Below are positions 58,567-64,000 of a stretch of 64,000 bases of DNA, piece by piece. The stretch comes from Candidatus Acidiferrales bacterium (GTDB taxonomy: Bacteria > Acidobacteriota > Terriglobia > Acidiferrales > UBA7541). Position 1 is the stretch's first letter. The number at the start of each line of letters is the position of its first letter. The position numbers and the translations under genes were made by a program. The stretch is from contig DASZMG010000161.1 in NCBI GenBank assembly GCA_035551975.1, positions 22,606-86,605 on the forward strand. The letters run 5' to 3'. A model generated the notes under the pieces. The model had not been told where the DNA came from. It saw nothing but the letters and a program-made list of their open reading frames with translations, and ran no database searches.

Positions 58567-58956
58567 CTATTTTGTCGTGAGCGGCACACCGTTCACGATC
58601 ACTTTGAGCACCGAAGATTGCATCCCAGTTGTGCCCACCGGGGCGCCATTCTTGGCCGGGTGCGTTTCCGCGGCGATATCGTCGCCCACCTTAATGGAAT
58701 TTTTGCTCCAGCCTGAACGGATCATGTGCTGCGGCGCGCCCAGTTCCAGGGCCCAATGCTGCACGTCGCCGTTGTCGTCTTTCGCGTCGACGTAGATCAC
58801 GCAGTGCGGATTCACCCAGTCGAATTCGGTGACCTTGCCCTTTACGGTGATCACTTTCTCCATGTCATAGCCGGCCGTGCCGTGGTGCGCGTAGGAAGGG
58901 GCGGCGGAAGGCAACAGGGCTATTGCCAGGACGCATGCAAGCAAGCTGAGTTTCAT
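58567..58956 (-). CDS. small secreted protein with predicted mature N-terminal His-His, paralog of 63225-63623
   Basis: MKLSLLACVLAIALLPSAAPSYA/HHGTAGYD... with the conserved KGKVTEFDWVNPH. Lies 35 nt upstream of its partner gene on the same strand. Confidence 0.7.
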   Translation of the reverse strand: MKLSLLACVLAIALLPSAAPSYAHHGTAGYDMEKVITVKGKVTEFDWVNPHCVIYVDAKDDNGDVQHWALELGAPQHMIRSGWSKNSIKVGDDIAAETHPAKNGAPVGTTGMQSSVLKVIVNGVPLTTK

Positions 58957-59101
58957 AAAACCTCCGAGCAAATCCGTTCAATTGTGGGCCGGGAGCAAAG
59001 GAACTTGAGCGAACCGGATCATATCAGGATCAATACAGTAAGGAAATCGGCAACCCTGGGCGTTGCCCGAAGCATCCGTGATATTCTCGGGCAAGAACGG
59101 A

Positions 59102-59923
59102 ATGAAATTTCTGAAAGCATTGGCGGCATTCAGCTTAGTCCTCCTCCTGGTAACCGTTCTTTACGCGCAGCGTGCCTTTCGCGAATATCCCTCAGTTGAA
59201 TACGGCTATCAACCCTTGCCTCCTGATTACAAACAGCCTGCGGAGTTTGCCTTCGCCAGGCTGATGTATCCCCCGGGACCAAATGACGGCTATCGCGGGC
59301 GCTTCGACGGCGACTGGCGCGAAGGGCTTTCTCTGTGGACACAGGATTATCCGCCGGCGGACCGAAAATTTTCCGAAGCGGTGCGGCGGCTCACGCGCAT
59401 CAGCACACGCTCTGTGGAGCAGGCGGTGAATCTGGAAGATGACGGAGAGGTTTACAACTGGCCTTGGCTCTATGCGGTGCAGGTGGGCGAGTGGGGACTC
59501 ACGCCGAACCAGGGAAGAATTCTTCGCGATTACCTGCTGCGCGGCGGATTTTTCATGGCCGACGATTTCCATGGCAGCGAAGAGTTCGAAGTATTCGTGC
59601 AGCGTATGAAATATGTTTTTCCGGACCGTCCGCTGGTGGATATTCCGGACAACGATCCGATCTTCCACACGGTGTTCGACCTGAACGACCGCTATCGCAT
59701 CACCGGCGCGGAACATCTCGCAGTGGGTTACAAAAATGACGGTCGCGTGCCGCGCTGGCTGGGAATCTATGACGATAAAGGCCGCGTGATGGTCGCGGCC
59801 TCCTACAACTCGGACATCGGCGATTCGTGGGAATGGGCCGATGAGCCACGTTACCCGGAAAAATTCTCAGCGCTCGGAATCCGGATCGGCGTGAACTACG
59901 TTGTTTACGCCATGACCCACTGA
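59102..59923 (+). CDS. DUF4159-like secreted protein
   Basis: Signal peptide MKFLKALAAFSLVLLLVTVLYA. WTQDYPPADRKFSEAVRRLT...WPWLYAVQVGEWGLTPNQGRILRDYLLRGGFFMADDFHG matches my memory of DUF4159. Confidence 0.65.
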   Translation: MKFLKALAAFSLVLLLVTVLYAQRAFREYPSVEYGYQPLPPDYKQPAEFAFARLMYPPGPNDGYRGRFDGDWREGLSLWTQDYPPADRKFSEAVRRLTRISTRSVEQAVNLEDDGEVYNWPWLYAVQVGEWGLTPNQGRILRDYLLRGGFFMADDFHGSEEFEVFVQRMKYVFPDRPLVDIPDNDPIFHTVFDLNDRYRITGAEHLAVGYKNDGRVPRWLGIYDDKGRVMVAASYNSDIGDSWEWADEPRYPEKFSALGIRIGVNYVVYAMTH

Positions 59924-59935
59924 TCCCGTTTCAAT

Positions 59936-60010
59936 GTCATCCCCAGCCGAGCGCCTTCGCGGCCCGGCGAGGGTCGCAGAGCGCAGTCGAGGGATATGCA
60001 TCTTCTCTTG
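59936..60010 (+). repeat. GTCAT-type hairpin repeat, ATCCC/GGGAT stem variant (long, degenerate)
   Basis: gtcATCCCcagccgagcg...gcagtcGAGGGATatgcatcttctctt is related to 63016-63072. Confidence 0.6.
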
Positions 60011-60031
60011 TGCTCTTCACTTGCCGTTGCC

Positions 60032-60070
60032 GTCATTCTGAGCGCCGAATCTGCGCGAAGAATCTCTCTT
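60032..60070 (+). repeat. GTCAT-type hairpin repeat, ATTCT/AGAAT stem variant
   Basis: gtc-ATTCT-GA-GCGC-cgaatct-GCGC-GA-AGAAT-ctctctt. Matches 62809-62847 at 35 of 39 positions. Confidence 0.75.
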
Positions 60071-60085
60071 CGCCGTTTCGGCACT

Positions 60086-60114
60086 TGTAGCGGCGGGCTT
60101 CAGCCCGCCAGATG
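60086..60114 (+). repeat. TGTAG-flanked GC hairpin with TTCA loop
   Basis: tgtagc-GGCGGGC-ttca-GCCCGCC-agatg (stem at 60092-60109). Confidence 0.75.
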
Positions 60115-60140
60115 TTGCCTTTCTTCCGTGGTTCGAAAAA

Positions 60141-61736
60141 TCAGACGGCGGCCTCGCCGGTAATGGGCGCGGCGGCCGGCTTGCTGCGCTTCAGCAAAAA
60201 AAGTAGCGGAATCACAATCAGAGCAACCCCTGCCAGAATTCGAAAGCTATCGACGAACGCGGCCATCATAGCCTGGCGCTCGAGACCCTGATACATCAAC
60301 ACCTGCACCTTGCCGGCCATATTTGAAGCGCTGGGCGAAAGCACGGCGGCGCCGTGGCCCAGAGCCGCGGCAGCCATCGATGATCCCCCCAACATTCCGA
60401 AGTGATAGCTCGCGCGCCAGTAGAGCGTGGTCGTGACGAACGAAATGCCCATGCTCCCGCCAATATTGCGCGAAAGATTCACCAGTCCGCTGGCCTGATT
60501 GGTCTTGTCGCGTCCCACATTACGGAAGGCCATCACGTTCGCCGGCACAAAAAGAAAAGACGTCGCGATGCGCGAGATGATCCAATCGCCGGCCGGCGCG
60601 CGCATGGACGCGCCGAATCCCACGTGGGAAAGCTGCAGTACGCCGAAGGAGAGAATAATCAAGCCGATGAAAATCAGCCGGCGCGGATCGGCTTTCGTAA
60701 GAACGCGCCCGATGATGGGGAGCGCCAGCAATCCGGCGATGCCGCCGGGCAATAAAACAAGGCCGCTATTCTCGGCGGTGAAGCCCACCACGGTTTGCAG
60801 AAGGATGGGCAGCAGCACGATTGTGCCGTACAGAATGAAGCCGATCAGAAAAATGAGCGCCGTGGAAACGAAGAAATTGCGATTGAGCAGCAGGTGCAAT
60901 TCCACAACAGGATTGGGCACATGGAATTCCCACCAAACCAGGGTGATCAAAGCAGCGGCGGCGACGACGGTCATGACGACAATGAATTGCGACTGGAACC
61001 ATTCCGAGCGCTGGCCCTTGTCTAGCACGACTTGGGTGAAGCCAAGACCGACGCTGAGCAGGCTGAGTCCGATGTAATCGATCTGCCGCGCGCTACCGGC
61101 TTGTTTCGAGGCGTGCGGAGGATCGGAAAGCACGAAGGAACTCAGCGCGATGGAAAGAATGCCGATGGGAATGTTGATCAGGAAAATCCAACGCCAGGAA
61201 TAGCTGTCGGTGATCCAGCCGCCGATGGTAGGGCCGATAGCCGGAGCGATCAGCGCGCCGGTGGCGTACATGGCCATGGCCATGCCGTGCTGCTTGCGGG
61301 GAAAACTGTCGATGAGAATGGCTTGCGCGGAAGGCTGCATGCCGCCGCCCCCGGCACCTTGCAGCACGCGGAAGAAAATGAGGAGCGGCAGGGTGGGGGC
61401 GAGTCCGCAGAGAAGCGAGCTCACCGTGAACACCAGCGTGCAGCACATGAAGAATTGTTTCCGCCCGATGAGCTTTGAAAACCAGCCAACCAGCGGCAGC
61501 ACGATAGCATTTGAAACCAGGTAGGAAGTAAGAATCCAGGTGCTCTGGTCGACGCCAGCCGACATGCTGCGGGAGATGTGCGGCAGCGAAACGTTGGCGA
61601 TGCTCGAATCGAGCAGTTCCATGAACGTGGCGAGCATCACCGTCGCGGTGATAATCCAGGGATTCACTGCGGGCGCCTGGTATGTTTCCGCGTGATCGGC
61701 AATCGTGCTGCTCAAGGTTCGCGACCCTCGATACAC
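60141..61736 (-). CDS. MFS transporter, DHA2 (EmrB/QacA, 14-TM) drug:H+ antiporter family
   Basis: 531 aa. LDSSIANVSLPHI, GWFSKLIGRKQFF and LQGAGGGGM motifs, with about 14 hydrophobic segments. Confidence 0.9.
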   Translation of the reverse strand: MYRGSRTLSSTIADHAETYQAPAVNPWIITATVMLATFMELLDSSIANVSLPHISRSMSAGVDQSTWILTSYLVSNAIVLPLVGWFSKLIGRKQFFMCCTLVFTVSSLLCGLAPTLPLLIFFRVLQGAGGGGMQPSAQAILIDSFPRKQHGMAMAMYATGALIAPAIGPTIGGWITDSYSWRWIFLINIPIGILSIALSSFVLSDPPHASKQAGSARQIDYIGLSLLSVGLGFTQVVLDKGQRSEWFQSQFIVVMTVVAAAALITLVWWEFHVPNPVVELHLLLNRNFFVSTALIFLIGFILYGTIVLLPILLQTVVGFTAENSGLVLLPGGIAGLLALPIIGRVLTKADPRRLIFIGLIILSFGVLQLSHVGFGASMRAPAGDWIISRIATSFLFVPANVMAFRNVGRDKTNQASGLVNLSRNIGGSMGISFVTTTLYWRASYHFGMLGGSSMAAAALGHGAAVLSPSASNMAGKVQVLMYQGLERQAMMAAFVDSFRILAGVALIVIPLLFLLKRSKPAAAPITGEAAV

Positions 61737-61885
61737 GACGACTCAGCGAATGCGTAAGCGATGATGAAATGCTGCTGAGGTGGCCGGGCGAAAATATCCT
61801 AGCATGGAGCGTGGGCGGGCTGAAGGCGGGAACTGCTCGCGGGAACGGCACCGCGAGTGGTATGGCGCTTCGCGCCGGTTGTTTT

Positions 61886-61905
61886 GTCCCGGCTAAAGCC
61901 GGGAC
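61886..61905 (-). repeat. TGTAG-flanked GC hairpin with TTTA loop (same family, opposite orientation)
   Basis: The minus strand reads tttgtag-GTCCCGGC-ttta-GCCGGGAC-aaaac, a perfect 8-bp stem. Confidence 0.65.
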
Positions 61906-61972
61906 CTACAAAGGTCGCGCGATGTCGAGCTCGCTCGGGGCGAGAGCGGCAAGAGAGCGCCGCGCGGCGGTT

Positions 61973-62716
61973 CTAGTGGGTGAGGTTGTTTTCAGCGCAG
62001 ACGTATTCCTTGATTTGCCAATCCGGCTTCAGGGTGAACCGCTTCGTCGCGGTCCACGGCTTTGTGTACATTTTCGGATCGTCAATGGTGAAGGCAGCCT
62101 CGAGAGTCTTGTAATCGATGCGGCGAATGCGTTCGGTCACATGCAACGCATCGCTCGTGGGCAATCCCTTAGGATCGAGCCAGGTCTTTCCGTTGAATCC
62201 AATGTCGTCGACCACCAGCGTGTCGCCGTCCCATTTGCCGATGGAATTGCCCATATAGGTGGAGTCGAGATCTTTCGGATGGCCGCGGCCGTCGGTGAAA
62301 ACTTGCCGCACCAGCGATTGATATTCGAAGATCATCACGATGCGATCGCGCGCCATCACGATTTCCCAGGGAAATGGCTGCAGCATGGTCCGCGGAATTC
62401 CCGGCGGAATGCAGCGCGGCGCCGGATCGGGGCCGCGCTCAGGATCGGAATGCTCCTTCTCGTAATTCCATTTCTTGTACAACGCTTCGGCGGCGGGACG
62501 GAACGGCGGATCCTCCTTAGGCAAAATGGTCTGGTAGTAGGGTTCGATGAACCACACGCCCGAGAGATCGCGCGGAGAAAATTTGGCCTGACTTTTTGGA
62601 GCCGGGGTTTGCCGCGCCGCCTGCGCGGAGAAAATCCCGCAAGCGAGCAAAGCAGCGGCGGCGAAGATTAGAATTGCGGCGCTCTTTCGCAACGGACGCT
62701 CCTTTCTACAAGTCAT
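61973..62716 (-). CDS. secreted hypothetical protein (~247 aa), paralog of 57722-58531
   Basis: Start at MTCRKERPLRKSAAILIFAAAALLACGIFSAQA. GKWDGDTLVVDDIGFNGKTWLD...ALHVTERIRRIDYKTLE...DDPKMYTK. Confidence 0.7.
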   Translation of the reverse strand: MTCRKERPLRKSAAILIFAAAALLACGIFSAQAARQTPAPKSQAKFSPRDLSGVWFIEPYYQTILPKEDPPFRPAAEALYKKWNYEKEHSDPERGPDPAPRCIPPGIPRTMLQPFPWEIVMARDRIVMIFEYQSLVRQVFTDGRGHPKDLDSTYMGNSIGKWDGDTLVVDDIGFNGKTWLDPKGLPTSDALHVTERIRRIDYKTLEAAFTIDDPKMYTKPWTATKRFTLKPDWQIKEYVCAENNLTH

Positions 62717-62808
62717 CCCATAAAACCAGTTTAGGCGGTCGGCGTTCCAGCTCCGACAGATAAGCCTCGGACTATATTGGGCTTTACAGCCCGCCATGGG
62801 TAGCGCTC

Positions 62809-62847
62809 GTCATTCTGAGCGCCGGATTTGCGCGAAGAATCCCTCTT
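62809..62847 (+). repeat. GTCAT-type hairpin repeat, ATTCT/AGAAT stem variant
   Basis: gtc-ATTCT-GA-GCGC-cggattt-GCGC-GA-AGAAT-ccctctt. Confidence 0.75.
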
Positions 62848-62915
62848 GCCGTTCGTCAGGGCACGCCTTCGAAGTTTGTGTCGCAACTCGCTGCCGATTC
62901 AGCCGTGCGCCCTGT

Positions 62916-62943
62916 CGTAGCGGCGGACTTCAGTCCGCCATCC
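62916..62943 (+). repeat. CGTAG-flanked GC hairpin with TTCA loop
   Basis: cgtagc-GGCGGAC-ttca-GTCCGCC-atcc (stem at 62922-62939). Degenerate or split copies are visible at 62781-62797 and 62855-62915. Confidence 0.7.
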
Positions 62944-63015
62944 TCGCTTTTCTCGCTTACTCCTTTCGTATTTCCGCGAGGAAACTCCGCGACTTAATAC
63001 AGACCAAACGAAAGT

Positions 63016-63072
63016 GTCATCCCGAGTGAGCGAAATGCCGCTCTTCGCGACGAGGGATCTGCTTCCTCTTTT
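63016..63072 (+). repeat. GTCAT-type hairpin repeat, ATCCC/GGGAT stem variant
   Basis: gtc-ATCCC-GA-GT...AC-GA-GGGAT-ctgcttcctctt. Confidence 0.7.
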
Positions 63073-63078
63073 GATGTC

Positions 63079-63110
63079 CGTCAGGGCACGGCTTCAGCCG
63101 TGCCGTAAAG
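63079..63110 (+). repeat. GC hairpin with TTCA loop
   Basis: cgtcag-GGCACGGC-ttca-GCCGTGCC-gtaaag (stem at 63085-63104). A short CGGC-ttca-GCCG copy lies at 63126-63137. Confidence 0.7.
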
Positions 63111-63224
63111 AACCACGATTCGGTGCGGCTTCAGCCGACTGAGGGATTGAACTTACGGTTTTCATACAGACTCTTTATCCCTTCAAGCAACTTGCCCCCC
63201 GGAGTTTAAGTATTTATGAGATAG

Positions 63225-63623
63225 CTAGTGTCCGTAACTGAAGCCCTGGCCATCCAGTTTCTGGCCGTTGGCCAGGACCACGCTTGCCAGACGCATCACT
63301 TCGGAGCCGTTGTTCGCGGGCGCGCCGTTCACGGTGATTTCATCGCCCTCTTTGATGATGTCGCGACTCCATCCCACGCGGCTGAGCATGTTGGGGCTGT
63401 TGGCCTCCACGCGCCATTCGTCCACGCCGCCATTCTTGTTCTTCACGTTGAGGTAGATGAAAGCGTGCGGATTGGCCCAGTCGAATTTGGTGACTTTGCC
63501 CTTGATCGCGATGGGATGCTGAAGATTAAATCCTGCGCTGGAGTGGTGCGCCGCAGCGCGTGGCGCGAAAAGCGGCGCCAGCATAACCGCCGCCAGCATC
63601 AGCACGAAAACCCGAACCTTCAT
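63225..63623 (-). CDS. small secreted protein with predicted mature N-terminal His-His, paralog of 58567-58956
   Basis: MKVRVFVLMLAAVMLAPLFAPRAAA/HHSSAGFN... with the conserved KGKVTKFDWANPH. Start at the ATG at 63621-63623. Confidence 0.7.
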   Translation of the reverse strand: MKVRVFVLMLAAVMLAPLFAPRAAAHHSSAGFNLQHPIAIKGKVTKFDWANPHAFIYLNVKNKNGGVDEWRVEANSPNMLSRVGWSRDIIKEGDEITVNGAPANNGSEVMRLASVVLANGQKLDGQGFSYGH

Positions 63624-64000
63624 CGGAGCACCTCCGCTCGCGAACCTGTGCGCTCGCGATCCCCATTGCCGCCGTACTATACACCCGCTCCGGCTGCATC
63701 GGCCATCTCCGCGCATCGTCCGCCAACTAGCAGTTGAAACGTCCCTGCCTTCATTGCTAGGGTGTTGCGTCGCGTTGGAACGTGACGGAACGGAGAGGGG
63801 ATGGAGGCGGTAACCGGAGAATTGATGCGACGTTTTTTGCCCATGGCCGGGACCGCGATGTCCTGCAGTCGATTCGCGAACATCCCTTCACGAACGAAAA
63901 ACGAAACCTATGTCGACACGTCGTGCAAACTTAGGTCTCACGTAAGTTATTGCAAACAAAGAATCCGGCCCTTGCTACGTCGACACACATTTCAGCCCTT

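Noticed and set aside
59936-63140. Whether the clustered repeats could be a CRISPR array or a MITE or IS remnant.
   Set aside because: There are no regularly spaced identical repeats with unique spacers, no cas genes, no terminal inverted repeats bounding a unit, and no transposase ORF. They fit REP-like hairpin elements better.
1-64000. Search for tRNA, rRNA, tmRNA, prophage, integrase, toxin-antitoxin or classic defence genes (restriction-modification, Cas, abortive infection).
   Set aside because: None of the intergenic gaps shows a tRNA T-loop or acceptor pattern. No ORF shows integrase, transposase, nuclease-methylase or similar motifs that I could recognise. The window looks like core chromosome.

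Overview
This is a GC-rich, densely coding bacterial chromosomal segment. The protein repertoire and the intergenic hairpin-repeat families suggest Acidobacteriota, but that is a weak inference. I call about 60 protein-coding genes. I recognised no rRNA, tRNA, CRISPR array, transposase, integrase or phage genes. The housekeeping genes are sppA, rlpA, a rhomboid protease, pgsA, scoAB, trpC-F-B-A, an osmoprotectant ABC transporter, an acyl-CoA dehydrogenase, tal, hslVU, asnS, arginase and ddl. The most unusual region is 15.0-28.3 kb. It holds a translationally coupled chemosensory operon (MCP-cheW-cheR-cheA-cheB-cheY-cheX). Divergent from it is an NtrC-type sigma-54 activator gene, followed on the same strand by an uncharacterised three-gene operon: a PilZ-like protein, a 518-aa orphan protein, and a protein with receiver-like and DHp-like domains that lack the phospho-acceptor residues. 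Both operons are preceded by sigma-54-type -24/-12 promoter matches that share the same non-consensus -12 base. No motility genes are visible in the window, so this looks like a Che3/CrdA-style gene-regulatory chemosensory module with an unknown output. Other notable items are listed below.
- Four PilZ or PilZ-like proteins, including an MBL-hydrolase-PilZ fusion and a PilZ-zinc ribbon-PilZ protein.
- A response-regulator receiver fused through a TM helix to a trypsin-like protease.
- Two paralogous two-gene cassettes encoding a small secreted protein with a predicted mature N-terminal His-His plus a ~270-aa secreted partner. One cassette is split by an array of REP-like repeats.
- Two intergenic hairpin-repeat families with compensatory stem substitutions.
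- A candidate terminator-ended small RNA at about 33.46-33.70 kb.
- A perfect 22-bp palindrome upstream of a marR-pirin-doxX operon.
All functional calls come from reading motifs by eye. No database search was run.
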